In this document: piece after piece, positions 36,482 to 45,030 of the stretch
How positions within the stretch are numbered: position 1 is the first letter of the stretch
Layout: each line of letters starts with the position of its first letter
Program-made: the position numbers and the translations under genes
The notes under the pieces: generated by a model
What the model saw: only the letters and a program-made list of their open reading frames with translations
Databases searched by the model: none
Told to the model about the DNA's origin: nothing
Assembly: GCA_964421975.1 (NCBI GenBank)
Contig: CAYQZL010000006.1
Location: 1 to 60,732 of the forward strand
Direction: 5' to 3'
Length of the DNA: 60,732 nucleotides
From: an uncultured Rikenellaceae bacterium
Lineage (GTDB): Bacteria > Bacteroidota > Bacteroidia > Bacteroidales > VadinHA17

Positions 36482-39400
36482 TTACTGATTCAATGTAATG
36501 ACAGCCAGTCCTTTTTTCCCATCCATTCGGACCATAAGCGGTTTTTCAAACCTGATATGCCTGAAGAATTCACCAGTTCCGATTATTTCCTGACCCTTAA
36601 GCTTGTCCCAGTTCATCAGACCGTCATTAATCCCCTCATTGACTGAGAAGTATCCCACATTCATAGCGGTAACATTATGGAAAAAATGGGAACCGAGTGA
36701 TGCATCAAGGTAATAACCAGGAAGACCGATCTCCACAATCACTTTAGCATTTGAGATTTGCGGCCAGACAACCGGTATTCCAAGGAAACGGTCCTTTGTT
36801 CCCCATCTGCCCGGACCGATAAGGATATAATTGCGGTTTTCACGGATAAGACTATCATTAATCTTTTCTATCTCATCAGCCATTTCAAGTGTCCTAAGAT
36901 TAGTGAACTTTTCAGGTTCAACATATACCACATCTGTAATATTACTGATAACACCATTGCCCATACTTTTTTCGGTCCTGAGAAGCAGATCATCATAATT
37001 GATACTGTCAGGATCAATTTCATAATCCGCCCCAATCCCGGTAAGAGGCTTAATCTGAAGAAGGTAAAACGTTGCATTTCCGTTTTCATCCTTTGTGAGA
37101 TCGACTGCAAATTCAATCTCGGAAGGATTACCAATAGCCTCTTCCACAACTTCCAGTATCGTTTTCAGGGTTGGGGCCAGAGGTACAAAATTATATTTCA
37201 GGATATTGGCAAAGTTTATCACCCTGGGCCCTGATGTTTCCAGACCGGGAGTAATTGTATCATTGTCAACATTTAAGACAGATGCCGTATGATTAATTGT
37301 TCCATGGGATTCCGCTTCACTGATATCGAGGCATACCAGCCCTGCTTTTTCGCCATCAAGCAGATCTATTTCCTGCTTCTTCATATCAACAGCATAAAAG
37401 CGAACCTGTGAATTCTTATAAAGATCCCTTTGCGATATAATGTCCATGTTGGGATATTCCGGACAGAATCTGAAAGCCCTTTCTCCCTCTGCAACATAAT
37501 GCCCCAGACCTACAGCCACTACAGCCACTCCATCTTCAGGTTTCATATGAGAAACAGGGTAAAAATTATATGACTGAGCCGTACCGCTTATATGAGGATA
37601 ATAAACATCCCCAAACCTGTTCCCCACTACTTCCTGTATCACAACAGCCATTTTTTCAAGCTCTATCTTGTAATTTATTGCCTCAAAATATGTCCTGGAA
37701 CTCTTTGAATAGATCGATGAAAATACAAGTTTAATGGCTCCGGTAAGTTGTTTCAGTCGTATTTCAAACTCGTGGTGATTATTTGGAAGTATATATGTCT
37801 CAAATATCCCCGAGAATGGCTGGCTGAGTGAATCCTCAAAGAGACTTGAAGATCTTACAGCCAGTGGTTTCCCGATATGCTTCAGAAATATCCGCAATTC
37901 TTTCTCAAGGGTATAGCTCAGGCTTCCCTCGATGAACATCTTCTGGATAAGGGCATAATCTTTAATCTCTTTGATCTTTTCCCACAAATGATTACGTTCC
38001 ATAAACATATCAAACTCGTCAGTACCGATAATGGCCGTGACGGGTGTCTTGATATTAATCCCGGGTAATAATCTTCCCAGTTCAAAACTATAAATAAGTG
38101 TATTGATGAATGCCAGGCCTCTGCCCTTTCCTCCCAGCGATCCGCTGGACAGGCTTACCACATTGGCCTCATCGGCAACTGCTGATTCCTCGAAATTAAC
38201 TACTCTCCCTTTATTCTGTTCCCTGCGTCTTTTCCTTATCAGGTCGAGAAGATATTCCCTCAGTTCCTTTATACTTTTAAAATCAGATACTTTTATGGGG
38301 TTGATCTGCCAGGCTATTTTAACTTCTCCCCTTGCCATCAGCCATTGGGAAAAATGATTTCCAAGCGCATGATATTCAAGCGAATCTTCAGGGATTGTTT
38401 CCAGATATGCCTCAAACTCCTTCATAGACTTTGCAACGGCAATCTGTCTTCCCTTGTCATCCCTGTAAACAAAATGTCCGAATCCGAGATAATAATTTAT
38501 AAAGGACTTAAGATCCTGCATCAGTCCTTCGGAATTCTTATTTATGAAATTTGATTTGAGTGCATATGCATGCCTTGCATTTTCCGGATCAGCCGACTGT
38601 ATAACCGTGGGTAATTTCGGAAGCCGTGTCTTTATATGGCTGATAAGCTCAAAGCCTGCCGTATCATGATCTTTCCCGTTCTTTGTGAACCTTATATCAG
38701 AGATAACACAGAGCAGATTGTTTTCATATTTATTATAAATTGTAATTGCATCCTCCCAGTTAAGGGCAAGAAGTATCTTCGGCCGGGTTTTCAGTTTCAA
38801 TACCTTGTAAAGCTCATCCGTTGATACATCCTCTATAAGATGTCGTGTCTGATCCATCACAAGAGTATAAAGCATGGGCAGATAGCTCGAGTAGTATTCG
38901 GCTGAATCTTCCACCAGAAGGATTACACCGGTCAGACCTTTTCTGGTATCGTTGTCAACATTGACCTTGTCCTCAAGAAGATTGACCATTGCAAAGAACA
39001 CCTTCGATTCTCCTGTCCAGACGAAATAATTGTCAATAGGTACTCCGACTGCTTTCTGTTTCCTTATATAAGCCACATCTTCGGGATAATTAAGAAGAAG
39101 GTAAACGGGCATATAAGGATATTTGTATTTAATATTTCTGCAGAGTTTGATCGGCACATCCTTGTCGAGTCCCACCATAATGATAACCATGTCATAATGC
39201 CTGGCTTTAAGCCGGTTGAAAGCTTCCTCCTCGCCCGATACTCCGGTAAGTCTGGGTAATGAAGTAAGGCTCATCTGGTGATACTCTCCCAGCATATGAT
39301 CAGCAAATCTTCCTTCACCTTCAATAGAATAAGCATCATACAGATTCGCCACAAGAAGAATTTCCTTTACCTTGAAAGGCTGCAGATCGTGGAAAACATC

Positions 39401-39928
39401 CCTCTCGGCATTATGACGTTCCAGGAACTTCTGCAGTAACTGCCTGGAGGAGAGATCTTTAATTTCCTCCACATCTTCACCGGGGATGGATCTTCCCAGA
39501 ATAATATCACGCGCTTTTGAACTGTTGATATATCCGGTAATAAGATTTGCAATATTCAGGATCAGGTCCCTTTCTTCCTTTAAAAAAGGGCCTTCATATT
39601 CAATTTTGAATTCCTGTGTATAATAAACCTGTATTACACCCTTTTCATCGTCAATGGTATTGAATTCCTGCTCCATTTTCCATTGAGACTCAACGAAACC
39701 GGGAGTTTCAAATGATTTACCACGGTATTTGATCCTTGCTTCGGTATATTTCGGATATTGCCATGCAGCGGGCAGAAGGAGGACGATCTGCTGAAGGGTT
39801 TCATCAACAGGTTTGGATTCCTTAAGGATATAGGTGGTCTGGTTTATACACCCAAGTTCCTTTAAACGTTCATGTTGTTCATGGAGTAAACGATGGTACT
39901 CCGGGCTTATCTGGTTTTTATCTTCCAT
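36482..39928 (-). CDS. Paralog B: N-terminal sensor-like domain + pseudo-REC + REC + ATP-grasp + phospho-His domain
   Basis: ERLKEL.C...AWQYP...ARI...GPFL.EE N-terminal domain; LVED, VISD411, QS, FINK; LGGKGRG, AVRSS, EIEFA, QIKP; SLGSH1081FF. Confidence 0.8.
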   Translation of the reverse strand: MEDKNQISPEYHRLLHEQHERLKELGCINQTTYILKESKPVDETLQQIVLLLPAAWQYPKYTEARIKYRGKSFETPGFVESQWKMEQEFNTIDDEKGVIQVYYTQEFKIEYEGPFLKEERDLILNIANLITGYINSSKARDIILGRSIPGEDVEEIKDLSSRQLLQKFLERHNAERDVFHDLQPFKVKEILLVANLYDAYSIEGEGRFADHMLGEYHQMSLTSLPRLTGVSGEEEAFNRLKARHYDMVIIMVGLDKDVPIKLCRNIKYKYPYMPVYLLLNYPEDVAYIRKQKAVGVPIDNYFVWTGESKVFFAMVNLLEDKVNVDNDTRKGLTGVILLVEDSAEYYSSYLPMLYTLVMDQTRHLIEDVSTDELYKVLKLKTRPKILLALNWEDAITIYNKYENNLLCVISDIRFTKNGKDHDTAGFELISHIKTRLPKLPTVIQSADPENARHAYALKSNFINKNSEGLMQDLKSFINYYLGFGHFVYRDDKGRQIAVAKSMKEFEAYLETIPEDSLEYHALGNHFSQWLMARGEVKIAWQINPIKVSDFKSIKELREYLLDLIRKRRREQNKGRVVNFEESAVADEANVVSLSSGSLGGKGRGLAFINTLIYSFELGRLLPGINIKTPVTAIIGTDEFDMFMERNHLWEKIKEIKDYALIQKMFIEGSLSYTLEKELRIFLKHIGKPLAVRSSSLFEDSLSQPFSGIFETYILPNNHHEFEIRLKQLTGAIKLVFSSIYSKSSRTYFEAINYKIELEKMAVVIQEVVGNRFGDVYYPHISGTAQSYNFYPVSHMKPEDGVAVVAVGLGHYVAEGERAFRFCPEYPNMDIISQRDLYKNSQVRFYAVDMKKQEIDLLDGEKAGLVCLDISEAESHGTINHTASVLNVDNDTITPGLETSGPRVINFANILKYNFVPLAPTLKTILEVVEEAIGNPSEIEFAVDLTKDENGNATFYLLQIKPLTGIGADYEIDPDSINYDDLLLRTEKSMGNGVISNITDVVYVEPEKFTNLRTLEMADEIEKINDSLIRENRNYILIGPGRWGTKDRFLGIPVVWPQISNAKVIVEIGLPGYYLDASLGSHFFHNVTAMNVGYFSVNEGINDGLMNWDKLKGQEIIGTGEFFRHIRFEKPLMVRMDGKKGLAVITLNQ

Positions 39929-40006
39929 GGAGCGGTATCAGGGGAAATCAGGTTTAAAATTACTAAAATTCCCATTAACCGCATAGGGGTGGTATTGTGC
40001 TATTAA

Positions 40007-41029
40007 TTATCTGACCTCCCAGGTCGATCCGCTTTTAAGCAGATCATCCATCGATTTTATTTTGCTGTCAGCTTTGATATTCCTGATCTGTTCTTCCATA
40101 TCGGTTTCATATGTCTTTCCTTCCACGGCTCTTATAACACCAAGAGCAACAGGGTATTCAGGATATCTCATATTGGCAAGCATATAATGTATACCTGGGT
40201 TTGGCTCCTTAGCATCATGTTTGAGAAGATCCCCGGTTGTAATGTCATTCTCTCCTATTCTGACCACTTTCATTTTCAAACCTTCAAGTATCAGGCCTTT
40301 GTCATTCTCCCGCCCAAAGATCATCGGTTCCCCATGCCTCAGGATGATCGTTCTGTCATCCCTGTGATCCCTGCCGGTTACCTTTTCATGGATATTATCA
40401 TTGAAAATAACACAGTTCTGCAACACTTCTATTACAGATGTACCCTTATGTTTTGCAGCTTCAATATATATCTGTGTGGAGAGGGTCACATTGGCATCTA
40501 CCGTTCTGGCAAAGAATTTCCCTCTGGCACCCACAACAAGTTCACCTACAGAGAACGGTTCTTCTATAGTGCCGAAAGGTGAAGTTTTTGTTACCAGACC
40601 TTTCTCGGATGTCGGGGAATACTGACCCTTTGTAAGGCCATAGATCTCGTTATTGAACAATATTATATTAAGATCTATGTTTCGCCTGATCACATGTATG
40701 AAATGGTTTCCTCCGATAGCCAGCGCATCTCCGTCACCAGTGATCTGCCATACCGAAAGGTCAGGATTGGCAATTTTAACTCCTGAAGCAATTGCAGCAG
40801 CCCGGCCATGTATCCCATGGAATCCATAGGTATCCATATAATAAGGGAATCTGGACGAACAACCGATTCCGGATACAAAAACAAATTTTTCTTTGGGTAT
40901 GCCAAGTTCCGACAAAGCCTTCTGGACTGCATTCAGGATGGCATGGTCACCACATCCCGGGCACCATCTCACTTCCTGATCACTTTTAAAATCCTTTGGC
41001 GTATATTGAAATGGTTGTAGTTCTGTCAT
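40007..41029 (-). CDS. korB: 2-oxoacid:ferredoxin oxidoreductase beta subunit
   Basis: WCPGCGD, SGIGCSSR, HGRA, TPP motif GDGDALAIGGNH...NN, YGLTKGQYSPT. Confidence 0.93.
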   Translation of the reverse strand: MTELQPFQYTPKDFKSDQEVRWCPGCGDHAILNAVQKALSELGIPKEKFVFVSGIGCSSRFPYYMDTYGFHGIHGRAAAIASGVKIANPDLSVWQITGDGDALAIGGNHFIHVIRRNIDLNIILFNNEIYGLTKGQYSPTSEKGLVTKTSPFGTIEEPFSVGELVVGARGKFFARTVDANVTLSTQIYIEAAKHKGTSVIEVLQNCVIFNDNIHEKVTGRDHRDDRTIILRHGEPMIFGRENDKGLILEGLKMKVVRIGENDITTGDLLKHDAKEPNPGIHYMLANMRYPEYPVALGVIRAVEGKTYETDMEEQIRNIKADSKIKSMDDLLKSGSTWEVR

Positions 41030-41030
41030 T

Positions 41031-42875
41031 TTAATTGCCCTCCAGTATTTTGATGCAACTATCCTTTATTTCCCTGGTTGTGAAAGGCATACCCTGAACC
41101 TTATTTATCTGTTCAAAGGTAAATTCACCATGTTTCGATCTGAGATAGGAAGCAAACTGCCCCAGGTTTAACTCTGCCACGGCAATTTTTTTGAATCCGC
41201 TGAATATTTCCTTTACATTTTTTGGCAAAGGATTAATATAATTGAAATTTGCAAAGCTTACTTTATAACCCTCAGACTGTAATTCCTTCACAGCAGCAAC
41301 AAGGTAACCCCGTGCTCCGCCCCATCCCACAAGCAGCAGATCGCCGGAAGCTTCACCCCTGATCCTGAGGTCAGGCACTTTTTCAGTAACTCTGGCAATT
41401 TTTTCAGATCTTAATTTCACCATTAATTCGTGGTTTTCCGGAACATAGGAAACGGTTCCCTTAACAGTCTTTTCAAGACCTCCGATACGGTGTTCCAGAC
41501 CTTTTGTACCGGGAATCGCCCAGTAACGGGCTAAGGTATCGCTGTTCCTTTTGTAAGGATGGAATGGTAAATCATCTTTATCTGCATACGGAGGAGTAAC
41601 AGGTGGAAGATCCTTCATATCAGGAACTCTGAATGGCTCTGAACCATTTGCCAGGTAACCGTCAGTAAGCAATATTACAGGTGTCATATGTTCTATTGCA
41701 ATTCTGGCTGCCTCATAGGCAAAATGGAAGCAATCAACCGGGCTACTTGCTGCAATAACAACTACCGGACTTTCACCATTTCTCCCATACAGTGCCTGAA
41801 GAAGATCAGCCTGTTCTGTCTTTGTCGGCAAACCGGTTGAAGGGCCTCCTCTCTGAACGTTTATTATAACGATCGGAAGTTCAGCCATAACCGCCAGACC
41901 TATTGCTTCCGATTTAAGAGCCAGTCCCGGTCCGGATGTTGATGTTACAGCCAGATTTCCGGCAAAACTTGCACCAAGAGCAGAACATATACCGGCTATC
42001 TCATCTTCTGCCTGGAAACTTTTGATTCCAAGATCTTTATGTGCTGCAAACTCCTCAAGGATCCCTGTTGCAGGAGTAATGGGATAGGACCCTATGAAAA
42101 TTTCAAGCCCGGCCTTCTCTGCAGCTGCCATAAGTCCCCAGGCTGTTGCTGTATTCCCGTTTATGTTTCGGTATAAACCGGGGGCTATATTGGCAGGCTG
42201 GATCTTGATAACAGGAGTAAGTGCTTCAATTGTTTCTGCATAATAATAACCGGCCCTCAGTGCTATCTTATTGGCTTCAGCAATTTCCGGCCTTGATGAA
42301 AACTTTATATCGAAATACTGCTCGGTATATTTTAATTTTCTGTCAAACAGCCAGTATACCATTCCCAGAGCAAACATATTCTTTGTTCTGAGTACTGATT
42401 TCGGATCGAGTCCGAAATTCTTCAATGCTTCCTTTACCATTGAAGTTATTGGTGCAGGAATGATATTATAGGTTTCAAGCTTCTCTTCAGCGATGGGATC
42501 GCTTATATAACCTGCTTTCTCAATATTCTTTTCGGTAAAATTATCCTTATCATAAATTATTGTTCCTCCCTGCTTTACCCACAGGGCATTGGCTTTTATT
42601 GCTGCCGGATTCATTGCCACCAGTACATCGGCATAATCACCCGGTGTCTCAATTTCTGAATGTCCGAGATGAACCTGAAAGCCTGAAACACCTCCAACGG
42701 TACCCTGTGGTGCACGTATCTCGGCTGGATAATCAGGGAAAGTAGTGAAATCATTCCCGTAATGGGCAGCAGCATCCGAAAACAGAGTGCCTGTCAGCTG
42801 CATCCCGTCACCCGAATCACCCGAAAAGCGGATGACCACTTCTTCTTTTGAAACAACTTTCGTACACTTAGTCAT
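41031..42875 (-). CDS. korA: 2-oxoacid:ferredoxin oxidoreductase alpha subunit (gamma-alpha fusion)
   Basis: SGDSGDGMQLTG, PAEIR, YPITP, QAEDEIA, TSGPG, QRGGPSTGLPTK. Confidence 0.93.
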   Translation of the reverse strand: MTKCTKVVSKEEVVIRFSGDSGDGMQLTGTLFSDAAAHYGNDFTTFPDYPAEIRAPQGTVGGVSGFQVHLGHSEIETPGDYADVLVAMNPAAIKANALWVKQGGTIIYDKDNFTEKNIEKAGYISDPIAEEKLETYNIIPAPITSMVKEALKNFGLDPKSVLRTKNMFALGMVYWLFDRKLKYTEQYFDIKFSSRPEIAEANKIALRAGYYYAETIEALTPVIKIQPANIAPGLYRNINGNTATAWGLMAAAEKAGLEIFIGSYPITPATGILEEFAAHKDLGIKSFQAEDEIAGICSALGASFAGNLAVTSTSGPGLALKSEAIGLAVMAELPIVIINVQRGGPSTGLPTKTEQADLLQALYGRNGESPVVVIAASSPVDCFHFAYEAARIAIEHMTPVILLTDGYLANGSEPFRVPDMKDLPPVTPPYADKDDLPFHPYKRNSDTLARYWAIPGTKGLEHRIGGLEKTVKGTVSYVPENHELMVKLRSEKIARVTEKVPDLRIRGEASGDLLLVGWGGARGYLVAAVKELQSEGYKVSFANFNYINPLPKNVKEIFSGFKKIAVAELNLGQFASYLRSKHGEFTFEQINKVQGMPFTTREIKDSCIKILEGN

Positions 42876-43068
42876 TATAACCTTTGTTTTTTCAATTCCG
42901 GGAGTTAATCAAATAAGTTATTAATATAAAAAAAATCAGGTATATAAATGCGAAGGAACATATAATAAATATCAAATGTGTTGATTTTGGTCATGTTTTA
43001 AGCGACCCGGTACATTTATAACAGCCTGTCCCTTTACAGGCAGGAAAATATTGCAGTAATTATATGAT

Positions 43069-43869
43069 TTAATTCCAGATATCCGCTTTTTTAAGGTTGA
43101 TCTCCCCGTCGAAAAACATTCTGGCTATTTTTTCAAAGTAAGGTGTATAATCAGATACAAAAAACCGGTCATCCACTTTACCGGAATCATTTAAAAGGTT
43201 GTTTTTTTCAAGATGATCCTTCAGGATAAGTGAAACCGGTTTCCCTGAATCTACAACTTCAATATTGAAATTGAAAATCTTACATATCTGGTTTCTTATG
43301 ATCGGATAATGGGTACAACCAAGTATCAGAGCCTGAATATCTTCGAGCGAATCATCTGAAAGATATGCCCTTATTATGGCATTACTTATATCATCGAATA
43401 TGAATCCTTCTTCTATCATCGGTACCAGCAGTGGTGTTGCAAGAGATACCACAGCTGTTGAGGGGGATTTGATCCTTATCTTGTTTTCATAGGTACCTGA
43501 ACTGATCGTTCTCTTGGTTCCTATTACCCCCACTTTTGAATAATTCCGGGTACTCAGATAATCAACAACCGGATCAATTACATCAATAAGTATTGTCCGG
43601 TCGCCATATTCATCCCTGAGAGAATCAAACGCGGATGCAGATGCTGAATTACATGCGACCAGAACTACTTTGGATCCATGTTCAAGAAGAAATTCAGTGA
43701 TCTTTCTTGAATAATTCTTTATCGCTTCAGCCGATTTATCTCCATATGGAAGATGAGCTGTGTCGCCGAAATAAATAAGACTCTCTCCCGGTAATATCTG
43801 TTTGATCGACTGTGCTACCGTAAGGCCTCCCACACCCGAATCAAAAATACCTATTGGCTTGTTTCTCAC
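43069..43869 (-). CDS. murI: Glutamate racemase
   Basis: IGIFDSGVGGLTV, YGDKS, VACNSAS, LGCTHYP; GTG start. Confidence 0.96.
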   Translation of the reverse strand: MRNKPIGIFDSGVGGLTVAQSIKQILPGESLIYFGDTAHLPYGDKSAEAIKNYSRKITEFLLEHGSKVVLVACNSASASAFDSLRDEYGDRTILIDVIDPVVDYLSTRNYSKVGVIGTKRTISSGTYENKIRIKSPSTAVVSLATPLLVPMIEEGFIFDDISNAIIRAYLSDDSLEDIQALILGCTHYPIIRNQICKIFNFNIEVVDSGKPVSLILKDHLEKNNLLNDSGKVDDRFFVSDYTPYFEKIARMFFDGEINLKKADIWN

Positions 43870-43883
43870 TCTGACCTGATATT

Positions 43884-43916
43884 AAAAAAAGACCACCCGT
43901 CATAATGCGGATGGTC
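43884..43916 (-). terminator. Rho-independent terminator after the second ompH
   Basis: Minus strand GACCATCCG-CATTATGA-CGGGTGGTC followed by T7. Confidence 0.85.
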
Positions 43917-43935
43917 AGGATTATATTTTGTTAAT

Positions 43936-44448
43936 CTATTTCAGTCCAAGCTTCGCCTTGGCAAGTGCCATTACATTGGTACTTTTAGTCTCATCAAAAT
44001 AGAGAAGGGAACCTTTGGCTATATCAAAGACATATACGAAACTGTTCTCCTTACCCACATCCTTGATTGCTTTGTCTACCTTATTATATATAGGCTGAAA
44101 TAATTCAACCTGCTTGTTCTGGAGCTGTTCCTGCGCATTGACCTGGAATTCCTGAATTCTCCTGTTAAGATCGATCAGTTCCTGTTCTTTGGTCTGACGG
44201 ACAACATCTGTCAGGTTTTTACTTTCTTTGTTAAAGGCATCACTTTTATTATTGAGTTCAACCGACATTATCTCAAGGTTATTTACCAGTTCCTGACGGA
44301 ATTTCTCCAGCTGGGCATTTGCTGTATCAAATTCCGGTAAAGCTCTTATCAGTTCATCACTGTTTATATGTCCGAATTTCAAATTCTGAGCCTGACCGGC
44401 AGAAATCATGAAAACAACAAGAGCCGCTAGTCCTATAAGTCTTTTCAT
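43936..44448 (-). CDS. OmpH/Skp chaperone
   Basis: Signal peptide, KFGHINSDELI, coiled coil, YVFD; TACATTTG -7 element at 44487-44480. Confidence 0.93.
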   Translation of the reverse strand: MKRLIGLAALVVFMISAGQAQNLKFGHINSDELIRALPEFDTANAQLEKFRQELVNNLEIMSVELNNKSDAFNKESKNLTDVVRQTKEQELIDLNRRIQEFQVNAQEQLQNKQVELFQPIYNKVDKAIKDVGKENSFVYVFDIAKGSLLYFDETKSTNVMALAKAKLGLK

Positions 44449-44492
44449 TATTTTACTGTGTATTAATTTTTAACAATTGCAAATGTAATTAT

Positions 44493-45008
44493 TTAATTCT
44501 TAAAACCTAATTTTTCAAGTACCTGATCGCTTATATCAAATTTCGGATTTGCAAAAAGTATATTACCTCCCGATGCAGAGTCGAAAATTACTGCATAACT
44601 TCCTTCCACTGCGATATCCTTGATGGCTTTGAGTATCTCATCCTGGATTGGTTTAACCAGTTCTTCCCTCTTTTTGAACAATTCGCCTTCCATTCCGAAA
44701 TATTTATTCTGGAGTTCTTTCATTTCCTTCTCCTTGTTGATAATAGCTTCTTCCCTCTTTATTTTCATATCCTGGGAAAGAAGCGGAGCCTCATTCTGAT
44801 ATGATTTATACATCTGTTCAACCACTGCATAACCGTCGGCAACCTCTTTCTCCCATTGTTTTGAAAGATTGTCAAGCTGTTCCTGTGCAGTTGTGAAGGC
44901 AGGAATATTCTTCCTTATGTATTCCGTATCTACGAATGCATATTTCTGTGCAACAGCCATGGCTGATGTCAGAAGCAGTATTCCTATAATAAAACTGATT
45001 TTCTTCAT
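44493..45008 (-). CDS. OmpH/Skp chaperone
   Basis: AQKYAFVDTEYI, KPIQDEI, VIFD, DISDQVL; start probably ATG 45008. Confidence 0.93.
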   Translation of the reverse strand: MKKISFIIGILLLTSAMAVAQKYAFVDTEYIRKNIPAFTTAQEQLDNLSKQWEKEVADGYAVVEQMYKSYQNEAPLLSQDMKIKREEAIINKEKEMKELQNKYFGMEGELFKKREELVKPIQDEILKAIKDIAVEGSYAVIFDSASGGNILFANPKFDISDQVLEKLGFKN

Positions 45009-45030
45009 GACTTTAATTTTTAACATACTA

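Noticed and set aside
43024-43041. Hairpin GCCTGT-CCCTTT-ACAGGC after murI
   Set aside because: Only 6 bp and no clear U-tract; too weak to call a terminator.
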